DNA from: a virus
DNA: 64,000 nt
IMG/VR virus record: IMGVR_UViG_3300025120_000017
Span: 1-64,000 of that record
Reading direction: 5' to 3' (one strand)
Below are positions 9,178-18,652 of this stretch, one piece after another. Position 1 is the first letter of the stretch; each line of letters opens with the position of its first letter. Position numbers and translations under genes: made by a program. Under the pieces are notes generated by a model, which was not told the DNA's origin, made no database searches, and worked only from the letters and a program-made list of their open reading frames with translations.

Positions 9178-9387
9178 TTAAATAGTTACTTCGCTAGGCC
9201 ATTCAATGAGCTTTAAGTATTTCTTCTTTTTGAAAAAGAAAGCATCTGCCCTACAAAGAGTTCCTAATTCCCTATCATTAGGAACAAGTTTACTTATACT
9301 AAATGGGATTAAAGATCTTAGTGTTTTTCCTAGTTCCCAATCGTTTGGAATCTCTTTTATTGTTTTTTCATAGAGTGTGTAATTCAT
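9178..9387 (-). CDS. hypothetical protein with internal repeat
   Basis: IPNDWELGKTLR / VPNDRELGTLCR duplication. Confidence 0.6.
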   Translation of the reverse strand: MNYTLYEKTIKEIPNDWELGKTLRSLIPFSISKLVPNDRELGTLCRADAFFFKKKKYLKLIEWPSEVTI

Positions 9388-9407
9388 ATTAAATTATTTA
9401 TTGGTTT

Positions 9408-10799
9408 TTAAGATAATTTCTTTTTCATATTCTCAATTTGTAACATATCATCATAAGAATCTGCAGTTGATTTATCATCTCTTATTTCAATAAACACTGG
9501 GTGAAGTAATGATTTAGACCCTTTACTATTTTCAGATAATCCTGAACATTTTACTTTAATAATCTTACCTAATAAATCTTGTTGGTTAGCAGTTACATAT
9601 TCCATATCATCTTCTGACATTCCAGCTGGACTAGTTTTTACAATTCCATCAGATGATTGAACAGTGACAGATGATATTAGGTTTTCGTTTTTAGATCCAG
9701 GTGTACCTAAATTAAAACCTATAATTTCCATATCAAGATCCATTTCTAATTTCATTTTACATTGCCATTTAGGCTTTCCATCTTTCCATGCACCGTTCAA
9801 TGATTTAAGAATTGTACCTTCCTCTCCTCTGTTTAAACATTCAAGAAAATGTTCAACAGCTTCACTATATGAATTAACTTGTTTAGATTCAACTAACCTA
9901 ATCATTATAGGATTATATGTTGATATTAGTTTATGTAGTGTATTAAGTCTTACTGAGTATACTGTATCTGACTTATTATCCGCATATTCATCAGGTGTTA
10001 TGCAATCCCATACAGTAAACACGATACGGTCTAACGCATCTTGTAAGCTCATTTTATGTTTTTTGCTAAACTTGATAAGTTCTTTATCAATATCTTTACC
10101 TTCAGTTCGCTTTTTCCCGATTGAAATACATGAAGCAATAATACCATTAGATTCATACCTAGTAACATTATCCATAGTAAGTTCACCATTCAAAACAATG
10201 TTATCATTAAATTCTTTTAATTCATTTAAGAATTTTGATCCTTCTAAGTAACTTGGTTCTCCTCCTCTTGATTCTAATCTAATTGTTCCACCGTCAATTA
10301 ATGCATTACAATATCTTCCATCCATCTTAACATCGGATACTGCTCCATTACTTGTACTTAAAATATCTTTAGCGATAGATTCTTTAAATGCAACAGCTCC
10401 CATATATGGAGTCTTTTCAATAAAATTCTTTCCTAATATTTTATTAATATTAGTTGAGCCCATGCCGATCTTTACATCTTTTTCTATAATTCTTTCAATA
10501 ACATATGCATTATCTTCAGAAACTTTAGATAATAAATTACTAAGAAAATTACTTGCATCTTTACCAGTCACGTTTCTCTTATATATTTGATAGAGTTCAG
10601 TTATAGCATTTTTTAAACTTAGTTCACCAGTATTCTCTGAGTATTCAGGAATTTGCTTGATGTAGAATTTTACTCTTTTTGACTCTGCTAAATACAAGAC
10701 AGCTTTTAGAATTTCATTGTCTTTGTAAGTTTTCAGAATATCCATTTTTTTATTCGTGGATGATTCTGAAGCAATCTCGTTTAGGATGTTTTTAATCAT
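9408..10799 (-). CDS. gp30: ATP-dependent DNA ligase
   Basis: KMDGRY motif I, LNGEL, VWD, EGTILK, CKMK, C-terminal OB domain with HPVFIEIRDDK. Confidence 0.95.
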   Translation of the reverse strand: MIKNILNEIASESSTNKKMDILKTYKDNEILKAVLYLAESKRVKFYIKQIPEYSENTGELSLKNAITELYQIYKRNVTGKDASNFLSNLLSKVSEDNAYVIERIIEKDVKIGMGSTNINKILGKNFIEKTPYMGAVAFKESIAKDILSTSNGAVSDVKMDGRYCNALIDGGTIRLESRGGEPSYLEGSKFLNELKEFNDNIVLNGELTMDNVTRYESNGIIASCISIGKKRTEGKDIDKELIKFSKKHKMSLQDALDRIVFTVWDCITPDEYADNKSDTVYSVRLNTLHKLISTYNPIMIRLVESKQVNSYSEAVEHFLECLNRGEEGTILKSLNGAWKDGKPKWQCKMKLEMDLDMEIIGFNLGTPGSKNENLISSVTVQSSDGIVKTSPAGMSEDDMEYVTANQQDLLGKIIKVKCSGLSENSKGSKSLLHPVFIEIRDDKSTADSYDDMLQIENMKKKLS

Positions 10800-10822
10800 A
10801 TTTTATTTGTTTTAGTACAATA

Positions 10823-10854
10823 CAAATATAACTAGAAATAATGAGATTATCAAA
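10823..10854 (-). promoter_or_regulatory. Bacteroidota sigma-A type early promoter
   Basis: TTTG (10851-10854)-N20-TATATTTG (10823-10830), an exact match to TTTG-N19-21-TAnnTTTG. Confidence 0.75.
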
Positions 10855-10857
10855 GAT

Positions 10858-11529
10858 TTATCTATCTATTTTCTTTAAATTAAAGTGTCTTTTATATACA
10901 TGTAGATTAACTGCATGATGATAATAATAACCAACATCTAATCCTAATTTATCTGCAACCATTTTTTGGAGCTTAGAGAAAAAATACTGATCATTACAAA
11001 AACCAAATACTAAATCATTACTTCTCATTTGAACACTCATGTTTAATTTTTCAGGAGTTTGTGGTGTACTGTAAAAAGTGATTGCATTTGTACATGGAGT
11101 ATCAAATTCATAATCATCTATTTCTTTACCGTCATATATTGAAATAACAGCTTGTCTTGTGTAAGGATCTTTTCTTAATTTATCAATTACCTTTTGTAAC
11201 TGATTATTTCTTTCCCATTGATAACCATAATTAGAGTTTACTTTTTTCTCTGCATCATCTGGGTTATACATTTTTGACCAAATCTTTGCACGCTTCTCTA
11301 ATTGCTCAACAGATCTATCACCACTTAAGTACCATTCCCATTCATAATCAGCATATTCTTTATTCCATTTTCGCCAAGGAGTATTTATCTGATTATCTTC
11401 AGGGTTTTCTATAATGAAGCCGATATCGAAAATGGCTTTAGTACCTATGTACACTAAGCCATTTTCATTTATTGCATCAAATAATTTTTCAAATGCATCT
11501 TGTGCATTAGTGAATGAATTATACCACAT
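10858..11529 (-). CDS. gp42: dCMP hydroxymethylase-like enzyme (thymidylate synthase fold, T4 gp42 type)
   Basis: EWY, KIW, NSNYG, PCTN, MRSNDLVFGFCND, LHVYKRHF; Asp at the base-specificity position as in gp42, where ThyA has Asn. Confidence 0.8.
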   Translation of the reverse strand: MWYNSFTNAQDAFEKLFDAINENGLVYIGTKAIFDIGFIIENPEDNQINTPWRKWNKEYADYEWEWYLSGDRSVEQLEKRAKIWSKMYNPDDAEKKVNSNYGYQWERNNQLQKVIDKLRKDPYTRQAVISIYDGKEIDDYEFDTPCTNAITFYSTPQTPEKLNMSVQMRSNDLVFGFCNDQYFFSKLQKMVADKLGLDVGYYYHHAVNLHVYKRHFNLKKIDR

Positions 11530-11542
11530 AGTCTTTTTATTG

Positions 11543-11570
11543 TTAAATTAAAAGTTTCTTAATATTGTTT
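11543..11570 (-). promoter_or_regulatory. putative middle (ECF) promoter
   Basis: AAACA-N16-AATTTAA. Confidence 0.5.
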
Positions 11571-12188
11571 TTCAATCTCTTCAAATCCTTCAACAATTGC
11601 TTCTGCAACTCGTCTTCTCATTTCAGGATTATTCATTTTTTCAGCATCTTTTCTATTATCAAAAAACCACATTTCAAGCAACATAGCAGGCATTGCAGTT
11701 TTTCTAAGAACATAATAGTTTGCTTCTTTATCAATGTCACCATCAGACCATGTATCTAATCTAAACTTTTCATCTGGAAAGTTCTTCATTATTGATTCCA
11801 TCACAGCTGTAGCATACTTATCAGACATAGTTTCTCCCTTACTTGTAAATATCTCTATGCCATGTGCTTTTGTGTTGGCTGCATTACCGTGCATAGAAAA
11901 ATAACCACATCTTCTATCGCCTCTATAAAAATCATTAGCTTTTTCTACTCGCTGTCTTAAAGGCTTATCATATTCCGTATCAACAACATCAATATACTTC
12001 ATTCCTTTAACATTCATAATGTCTTTAACCATTTCAATGACTTGTCTATTAAAAACACCTTCATATAAGACGAACCCATCTTCAAATGTATGCATCTTTG
12101 CTGGTGCTGTAGCATATACTAATTTTCCTTTACCATCATTAATCATTCCTCCATGACCTGCATCTAATAACCATGTAATTCTTTTCAT
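11559..12188 (-). CDS. N-acetylmuramoyl-L-alanine amidase (Amidase_3), endolysin
   Basis: LLDAGHGG, YEG, SMHGNA, PAMLLE; AATAAATA upstream at 12195-12202. Confidence 0.92.
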   Translation of the reverse strand: MKRITWLLDAGHGGMINDGKGKLVYATAPAKMHTFEDGFVLYEGVFNRQVIEMVKDIMNVKGMKYIDVVDTEYDKPLRQRVEKANDFYRGDRRCGYFSMHGNAANTKAHGIEIFTSKGETMSDKYATAVMESIMKNFPDEKFRLDTWSDGDIDKEANYYVLRKTAMPAMLLEMWFFDNRKDAEKMNNPEMRRRVAEAIVEGFEEIEKQY

Positions 12189-12209
12189 GTTACTTATTTA
12201 TTTTTATAT

Positions 12210-13550
12210 CTAATTAACTATTTTAGAAAGATCTTTTTTAAGATCATATAAATCCTGTAAGTATAGATCTTGTTCTGTTTTTGCCTTAAGATTCTTAATA
12301 TTAGATTCAGTTTCTATTAAATCATCTTTAAGCTTTATCAATTCTTCCTTTGTTAATTTCTTAAGAGGTAGCTTTATCAAATATTCATATGATCCATCTA
12401 TTTTTTTAAAGTTAAGTTTTTCAAAATCATTAAGTACATCTTCAATAGGTCTTTTAGCAATTATAAGACTTCCATCCATATACATTTTTATAAACCTTAT
12501 AAGATTCTTCTTAAACTCTAGCTCGTATTTATATTGCTTTAAAAGAACTTCTTTTCTTTTTGAATATATACCAAGCCTATACTTAATAAAGTGATCACAG
12601 AGAGATTGTATAGTACTAAACTTAATTATTTGAAAGTTTTCATCAAGCAGTGTAAGATTTTCTGTTTTGCTCTCCGTTAACTTAAAGGCTTTAAAAATAA
12701 AATCTTTTTGGATTAGGTCAGATAATATCTTTCTTTCCATTTTTATCGTGTACTCAGGAAATTCAGAAGAATTATCTTCATATGATTTTATTAATCCGTT
12801 ATCTTGCAATTTTACCAAGTGTTCTTCAAAATCTTCATATGACTTACTTGGAGGTATTTCAGTTATTTTTAAAGTAGTTGAATTAACTACATCATAAGTA
12901 CCTGAATATTCCCAAGAACCGTTTGTGAGTGTTATTGGTCCATTAAATCCTTTAAGATAAAGAGAAGGTTCTTTCCACTTTCCATTTTTTACAAGACTTG
13001 TTATTGAATTTACTAAATCTAGAGGATTTCTATTAAGAACTTCGCTACCGTGACCTACTGCTATACCTTTTTGTCCATTTAATAAAACTGTAGGAATTAT
13101 AGGATAATATAAAACAGGCTCTATTTTCTGCCCTTCTTCATATTTATATTCAACTATATTAAGATCTCTAAATAGTTTACTAAATACATCATTTACTTTA
13201 ACTCCTATATATCTAGGTGCACCTGCTTCAGGGCTTCTTAATGAACCAAATTGACCATCTCTATCAAAATATGGCAAAGAATTTTTAAAGTCCTGTGACA
13301 TATTTATTATTGAACTATTAAGTGATGCATCGCCGTGAGCATAATTCATATCTGATGCAACTATTCCAGTTAACTGAAATATTTTATAGTATTTTGTTTT
13401 AGCTTTTTGTAATGCTGCAGTTATAATTTTTCTATGAACTGGCTTAAATCCATCAATGACTGATGGTATAGCCCTATCTTCTACAACACCTTTAGCATAT
13501 TCTAAATATTTAGTATCTAAATAATTAGTTACTGTTATTTTATTGTTCAT
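12210..13550 (-). CDS. gp52: DNA topoisomerase II medium (GyrA/ParC-like) subunit
   Basis: RAIPSVIDGFKPVHRK, YAHGDASL, GQFGS, APRY catalytic Tyr, GIAVG. Confidence 0.95.
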   Translation of the reverse strand: MNNKITVTNYLDTKYLEYAKGVVEDRAIPSVIDGFKPVHRKIITAALQKAKTKYYKIFQLTGIVASDMNYAHGDASLNSSIINMSQDFKNSLPYFDRDGQFGSLRSPEAGAPRYIGVKVNDVFSKLFRDLNIVEYKYEEGQKIEPVLYYPIIPTVLLNGQKGIAVGHGSEVLNRNPLDLVNSITSLVKNGKWKEPSLYLKGFNGPITLTNGSWEYSGTYDVVNSTTLKITEIPPSKSYEDFEEHLVKLQDNGLIKSYEDNSSEFPEYTIKMERKILSDLIQKDFIFKAFKLTESKTENLTLLDENFQIIKFSTIQSLCDHFIKYRLGIYSKRKEVLLKQYKYELEFKKNLIRFIKMYMDGSLIIAKRPIEDVLNDFEKLNFKKIDGSYEYLIKLPLKKLTKEELIKLKDDLIETESNIKNLKAKTEQDLYLQDLYDLKKDLSKIVN

Positions 13551-13564
13551 GGAGTTTACTTAAT

Positions 13565-13597
13565 AAAAAAACGGGACTCAATATCGAATCCCGTTTT
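13565..13597 (-). terminator. intrinsic terminator
   Basis: Minus-strand ACGGGAUUCG/UGAGUCCCGU stem followed by a U run. Confidence 0.7.
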
Positions 13598-13600
13598 AGT

Positions 13601-13927
13601 TTATTTCAGCTTTTTACGAATATCATTCATTTGCTGATCATATTCATTCATCTTATCATCAGGCCTAATCTTTGTTCTTATAATAGAATTCTGATCATAT
13701 AAATTTCTTTTTGAAATTTTTAAACCTTCAAGCTCAATGATAAGTCTTAAATCATTTTTAGAAACTGTATTACTTATTAAAGAATCTTGTAACTTAACAA
13801 CATTTTCTAATTTAACAATATCTTTCTTTAATGATTTTATTTTACTTTTTGTACCACAGGTATTCATAAATACTATTATCATAAATACTACTGCGGTGAT
13901 AGGAATGTAATGTTTAATCTTTTCCAT
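13601..13927 (-). CDS. membrane-anchored coiled-coil protein
   Basis: N-terminal TM followed by Cys and a heptad region. Confidence 0.6.
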   Translation of the reverse strand: MEKIKHYIPITAVVFMIIVFMNTCGTKSKIKSLKKDIVKLENVVKLQDSLISNTVSKNDLRLIIELEGLKISKRNLYDQNSIIRTKIRPDDKMNEYDQQMNDIRKKLK

Positions 13928-13941
13928 TTAAAGCAGGTTTT

Positions 13942-14475
13942 TTATATTTGTGGTCCATCAGAAAGTTGTGTAGATGATTGAACTTCAGCAGATTGTTCTC
14001 TTAATTGCTCAGGATCAATCCCTTGTCTCTTAGCTTCCATTTCAAAAGAAGCATCTCTTAAGTTAGTTTCAGCCTCATTAATTTCCTTAACAACTAATGA
14101 TACCTTTTCAAGAACACTCATTTGCAAGTTCATAAATTCCGTACCTTTACTTGCATACTCATTTAGGTAATGAAATAGAGCTCTCACAGATTCTCTTTCA
14201 CAAAGTACTATTTTATCAGCTACTAATGTAGTTGAAATTTCTCTAAGTGCTTTAATTCCATATACTTCAGTTCCTTTCCACTTAGCTCCTTCAAGAACCT
14301 GTATTCCAATAAACTGAATTTCAGCAGTAGATAATTCAATACCATACTTTTCTTTTTCATAAGAATCTAACAATACTTGAAAATCTTTTCCTAATTCATC
14401 TACATCCTTTTCGTAGAAGCTTTTTAAAACTGTCTTTGCCATTTGTCTTGTTGGGTTTTCTGTTACTTTTTCCAT
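13942..14475 (-). CDS. hypothetical protein
   Basis: 177-aa ORF with AAACA-N16-TATTAAA upstream. Confidence 0.65.
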   Translation of the reverse strand: MEKVTENPTRQMAKTVLKSFYEKDVDELGKDFQVLLDSYEKEKYGIELSTAEIQFIGIQVLEGAKWKGTEVYGIKALREISTTLVADKIVLCERESVRALFHYLNEYASKGTEFMNLQMSVLEKVSLVVKEINEAETNLRDASFEMEAKRQGIDPEQLREQSAEVQSSTQLSDGPQI

Positions 14476-14491
14476 AATAATCTATTTATTT

Positions 14492-14521
14492 TTTAATACA
14501 AGTTTTTTATAATTTGTTTAA
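14492..14521 (-). promoter_or_regulatory. putative middle (ECF) promoter
   Basis: TTAAACA-N16-TATTAAA. Confidence 0.55.
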
Positions 14522-15016
14522 GTTAGCATTAATTCTTAACATAATTTCATCGAGCTTTTTTATTATATGAATGATAATATCATTAACAGGTAATATAGAG
14601 TCATCATCATTTATATTATTAAAATAATTAGAGCGCATTAATTCTATTACAGCATCTTTAGTATTAGCAAGCAAATTTATGCAATAATTTATTCTATCAT
14701 CATCATTAAGATCATATACTTTATTTATAATATTACCATCATCATCAGTATATTTAGATTTTGGTATATCAATTTCTTGTAAATTAACATTATAAAGCTT
14801 ATGATCATTCTCATGAGTCTTTAATAAAAATGCCCAGTTATTTTGAATGAACTTTAAATCAGCCATAATCAAATTATTAACAAAATCATCATCAGCAAAA
14901 AACTCAAAGTATATTTTATTAAGTATGTCTACTTCAATAAACACTGTTTCACTAATCCTATCTCTAAAATCATCTAAGTCATCTTCTTTTATCGGTAATT
15001 TAATTTCTTTTTCCAT
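14507..15016 (-). CDS. hypothetical acidic protein
   Basis: 169-aa ORF directly downstream of gp60. Confidence 0.6.
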   Translation of the reverse strand: MEKEIKLPIKEDDLDDFRDRISETVFIEVDILNKIYFEFFADDDFVNNLIMADLKFIQNNWAFLLKTHENDHKLYNVNLQEIDIPKSKYTDDDGNIINKVYDLNDDDRINYCINLLANTKDAVIELMRSNYFNNINDDDSILPVNDIIIHIIKKLDEIMLRINANLNKL

Positions 15017-15018
15017 AA

Positions 15019-15498
15019 TTATTTTATTTTTTCTTTTCGCTTATCTCTAAATTCTTTATCTTTATGAAACCAATCTATTAAGGTTTTCTCTGTTATATAA
15101 TCTTCATCAATAATTGTAATATTAGGTTCATGAAGTATTTTTTTATATGACTTATCATCTAATGCCGCAAGACCTTTTTTATATGCAACTTTATATCTTG
15201 ATAATTTTGAAGAATTTTTAGATTCCCATAATTTATATTCATCAATAGAATAGAAATCCAATGTGGTTTTTCCATCCTTTGCTTGAAGTATAGGAGTGTT
15301 GCATATTTCTAATTTATTATGTTGGATTATTTCAGGCCAATACTTATAGAAAAAATTAATAAGCTGTGCGCATATTGAATAACCATCCGTATCAGCATCA
15401 GTACATATAACAACTGTACCGTATCTAAGAATATTATTAACTATAGGGCGCCTTCTCCTAACATTTTCTTTATCTAAATCTAACTTTATTATTTCCAT
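15019..15498 (-). CDS. gp60: DNA topoisomerase II small subunit (C-terminal Toprim half)
   Basis: LRYG..VICTDADTDG, FFYKYWP, TPI, YKKGLA. Confidence 0.92.
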   Translation of the reverse strand: MEIIKLDLDKENVRRRRPIVNNILRYGTVVICTDADTDGYSICAQLINFFYKYWPEIIQHNKLEICNTPILQAKDGKTTLDFYSIDEYKLWESKNSSKLSRYKVAYKKGLAALDDKSYKKILHEPNITIIDEDYITEKTLIDWFHKDKEFRDKRKEKIK

Positions 15499-17286
15499 TT
15501 AAAATAATCCCTTTGTTTTACCTTTTTTAATAACTTCTTTAACCTTATCATCTGATAAGCCTTTTTCTTTTAAGTATTTCTCAATTTCCTTTTCCTTTCC
15601 TTTTACTTGAGATGTATCAATCACAGGTTCTTCTGTTATAATTTTGGTTTTAGTCTTAATCACTTCCGTCTTAACCTGTTTAGTTATTAAATCTATTTTA
15701 ACTTCTTTTGGTTTAAGATTAACTAATTTTTTTGCAAGTACCCATTTTCCATTTACTAAAATCTCCTCGTTTTCATCAACTGTTATATAACCATCATTTA
15801 GAAGTATCTTAACTTTCTTACCACTTAATGGGACCATTTCAAACGCATCTTCTCCTAACTTAAGACCTAGTGATTTTACAAGATCTTGTACTTCATTATT
15901 TTGAATAACATCTACATTAGATTTTTCAAGCACATTCATAAATTTACCCTTAAGTGGATAACATCCATGTATTTGTGGATTTCTGAATTTTCTTACTGCT
16001 GACATTGCTGACTTACCTTCCATTATGTAGAGTTTAGCTTCATGACGTCTTTTAGTTTTTGCATCTAATAAATTAATAGGTAGAGCTCCGCCGATTTTTT
16101 TATTCAGCTTACGCATTTCAGCCTTCTCATCAGCTGCCTTTTTCTTATCAACCCAATCCATTATAGATGCAGTGATGTCAGATTTTACTATTTGTTTAAG
16201 AATCTTATCAGGTATAGTAAGGTCACATCCTAAATCTTTAGCAGCTGTACTTAATACTTCTTTAGTTTGGCCTTTAAATCTAGGATTAGTTACAAGACAG
16301 TTAGCAAAAATACCAAAATGATTTCTAACATCACTAGGTTTAATATCATATTTAGTTTTTCTTTTAATGTATGTCCTGGTAAAATCAATAATCTGATTCT
16401 CTATTTGTCTAATGTGAGTACCTCCACCAAAAGTATCAACTGAATTAACAAAAGACTTTTGATAGAAACCTCTATCACTTGCCACAATAGCAATATCAGC
16501 TCTTTTATTCTTGATAAAGAAATGATCTGTAAAATCATCAAGGTAAAACTTAATATATTCTGTAAAGTCTTTAAACTTAAACTTATCACTTTCTTTAGAA
16601 GTACTTGATTTAATTATTATGTTTACGGATAATCCTGGGTTACTTGCAGCCACATCTAAACATCTCTTTCTTAATTGAAGAACATGGTCATCATCAATAG
16701 AAACCATGTTAAATCTTTCTAAATCAGGCACATATGTAATAGAAGTTCCTTTAAGTTTAGATGGTTTAATAATAGGACTTTCTTTTTTAGCCATATTATT
16801 TGAAAACTTTTGAGTATATTGCTTCTTTCCATCTGCTGTATCTATTGTGAAGCTTTTAGAATAAATGTTAACAAGAACTGATCCTAATCCGTTGGTTCCC
16901 ACAGTAGTTCTCTCCTCAGTGTCATCAAAATTTGATCCTGAATACATTTCACTAAAAATCATTTCAGGAATATATCCACCATACTCTTTATGCTTTTCAA
17001 CAGGTATGCCTCCATTATCTTTAATTTGAATAGTTCCTCTAACATCTATATGTACATCTATTTTATTAAGTTTAGGGTTTCTCTTATGTTCATCTGATGA
17101 ATTGCTAATAATTTCATCAAAGAGTTTTAAGAATCCTGGATTATGCTTAACATCTTTTTCAAATACATTACCTTCTTTACATACCCAAGCTGTAATAGGC
17201 TCAGTTATAAGTGATCCTATGTACATATCAGGTCTATGTAAAACATGCTCAACATTAGTAAGCTTTTGATATTTAGGTTTAGACAT
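15499..17286 (-). CDS. gp39: DNA topoisomerase II large subunit (GHKL ATPase plus N-terminal Toprim half)
   Basis: EHVLHRPDMYIGS, EIISNSSD, DNGGIP, GTNGLG, GGTH, QTKE, EGKSA, PLKGK. Confidence 0.95.
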   Translation of the reverse strand: MSKPKYQKLTNVEHVLHRPDMYIGSLITEPITAWVCKEGNVFEKDVKHNPGFLKLFDEIISNSSDEHKRNPKLNKIDVHIDVRGTIQIKDNGGIPVEKHKEYGGYIPEMIFSEMYSGSNFDDTEERTTVGTNGLGSVLVNIYSKSFTIDTADGKKQYTQKFSNNMAKKESPIIKPSKLKGTSITYVPDLERFNMVSIDDDHVLQLRKRCLDVAASNPGLSVNIIIKSSTSKESDKFKFKDFTEYIKFYLDDFTDHFFIKNKRADIAIVASDRGFYQKSFVNSVDTFGGGTHIRQIENQIIDFTRTYIKRKTKYDIKPSDVRNHFGIFANCLVTNPRFKGQTKEVLSTAAKDLGCDLTIPDKILKQIVKSDITASIMDWVDKKKAADEKAEMRKLNKKIGGALPINLLDAKTKRRHEAKLYIMEGKSAMSAVRKFRNPQIHGCYPLKGKFMNVLEKSNVDVIQNNEVQDLVKSLGLKLGEDAFEMVPLSGKKVKILLNDGYITVDENEEILVNGKWVLAKKLVNLKPKEVKIDLITKQVKTEVIKTKTKIITEEPVIDTSQVKGKEKEIEKYLKEKGLSDDKVKEVIKKGKTKGLF

Positions 17287-17764
17287 ATGTAATAATTGAT
17301 ATTATACTGATTAATATAAGAGTAATCAAGAATGGTTTAACAAGCGCTTTAAAAATATTTCCATATCCTAAATGTTCATATGACGGAGTTAATGTAATTA
17401 AGATACTATAGCTCTCATCTATCCTACCTTCAATTTCAGGAACCATATACTCAGTTACGCCAATAGGTAATTGAACTTGTAATATAGATAAACTTTGAGA
17501 AAATGCTGCTTGTAATGTAGCCTCATTTAAAAATAGCTCTTTACTTGTAAAGTTTATAATGTAATAAACTTGACTAGTCTCTGGGTTTAATCTAACAGGG
17601 TCTTCAACCATATTAGCTGGATAACTAAAATTCTTTAAAAATAGTTTTTGTAAACCTTTCGATTCTGACTCAAAAAATATAGCAAGACCTTTTTTAAGAT
17701 TCTTTTCACTGTTATATGATTTCCAAAAATCATAATTAATCAAATATTTTAGAAATTTCTTCAT
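17279..17764 (-). CDS. hypothetical protein with C-terminal TM
   Basis: Hydrophobic C-terminus FLITLILISIISIITYV. Confidence 0.6.
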   Translation of the reverse strand: MKKFLKYLINYDFWKSYNSEKNLKKGLAIFFESESKGLQKLFLKNFSYPANMVEDPVRLNPETSQVYYIINFTSKELFLNEATLQAAFSQSLSILQVQLPIGVTEYMVPEIEGRIDESYSILITLTPSYEHLGYGNIFKALVKPFLITLILISIISIITYV

Positions 17765-18395
17765 ATTCTTTTGTTAGTATTTGCTTTATTTGTTTTTTGC
17801 CATGAAATATTCTATTTTTAACTATTTGTATTTCAATGTTATACTTATTAGCCAATTCTTTATATTTAAGGCCATTATAATAATGATCATAAACAATTTC
17901 AAAGAACTTTGCTTTTTTAACCAATGACCAAAAGATATTTCTAGTTTCATTATCTATATAAACATCTTCATCACTTAAGGTTACCCTAGAATTAATTGCA
18001 TTTATATATTTTCCATGTTTGCCACTAGCTACATCAACATTAGTAAAACTAATATTATCAGATATTTCAGAATTTTCTTGCATAAAATCGCTTCCATTCC
18101 CAGTCGCTCGTTCTTTTTTTAGATTATGTCTTATAATACTTTGTTTTGTTTTAAGGTATACATTGGTACTTACAGAATAATTAACAATATCTAATTTATC
18201 GATGTTTGCCCAAAATGAAATCATTGCTTCATTATAAGAGTCTTCAACAATTTGATGATCTTTGCCAAAATTAGAATAATAATTTATGACGCCTCCTCTA
18301 AGCCTATCATAAATTTCTTTAAATGCTTTTTCAGATTTAGTGCGTTTGAACTCTGCTCCTAGTGTGTTAATAGGAGTCAGTTTTAGTCTACTCAT
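17736..18395 (-). CDS. ECF-type sigma-70 factor
   Basis: Region 2 (AFKEIYDR...VEDSYNEAMISFW...ST) and region 4 HTH (GLKYKELA...VKNRIFHGK). Confidence 0.8.
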   Translation of the reverse strand: MSRLKLTPINTLGAEFKRTKSEKAFKEIYDRLRGGVINYYSNFGKDHQIVEDSYNEAMISFWANIDKLDIVNYSVSTNVYLKTKQSIIRHNLKKERATGNGSDFMQENSEISDNISFTNVDVASGKHGKYINAINSRVTLSDEDVYIDNETRNIFWSLVKKAKFFEIVYDHYYNGLKYKELANKYNIEIQIVKNRIFHGKKQIKQILTKEYEEISKIFD

Positions 18396-18425
18396 AGTGT
18401 TTATTGGATTTAGTAATTGAAGTTT

Positions 18426-18458
18426 TAAATATATAAAAATCTTTTCCGGTAATACAAA
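18426..18458 (-). promoter_or_regulatory. putative early promoter for the ECF sigma
   Basis: TTTG-N21-TATATTTA, one mismatch to the Bacteroidota consensus. Confidence 0.5.
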
Positions 18459-18626
18459 TTATTTTAGTTTTTTTATTATAATTTTTTTTGGTGTTGCTCT
18501 AGAAGAATCAGAGTCTCAGATTCTTTCAGATATTTTACAATATATTAAATACACAATTTTTTATTTTGTTTAAAAAAATATGAAAAAAATAAAAATTCAT
18601 ATAAAAACCACAAACAACCTTACTTA

Positions 18627-18634
18627 AATAAATA
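18627..18634 (+). promoter_or_regulatory. putative late (gp55) promoter
   Basis: AATAAATA 18 nt before the sheath ATG; resembles T4 TATAAATA. Confidence 0.5.
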
Positions 18635-18652
18635 TTAAAAAAATATATAACA

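Noticed and set aside
10858-11529. Ordinary thymidylate synthase ThyA
   Set aside because: Has ND rather than the ThyA PFN signature, and its motifs follow the gp42 type
15360-15420. T4 gene 60-type 50-nt ribosomal bypass
   Set aside because: The frame is continuous through DADTDGYSI, with no gap or stop
15496-15501. Programmed readthrough or sequencing error fusing gp39 and gp60
   Set aside because: Stop-ATG abutment also occurs at 29348/29349 and 51246/51247, and both subunits have dedicated terminal extensions, so a genuine split with translational coupling is simpler
9408-17764. Capsid tag on DNA ligase (MIKNILNE) and ORF 17279 (MKKFLKYLINY)
   Set aside because: Ligase lacks the aromatic position and has an early promoter; ORF 17279 lacks the Glu and has a TM anchor
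18396-18652. tRNA or ncRNA in the larger intergenic gaps (also 2582-2782, 26796-26967)
   Set aside because: Extremely AT-rich with no cloverleaf or T-loop signature; explained by promoters and terminators. A covariance search was not run
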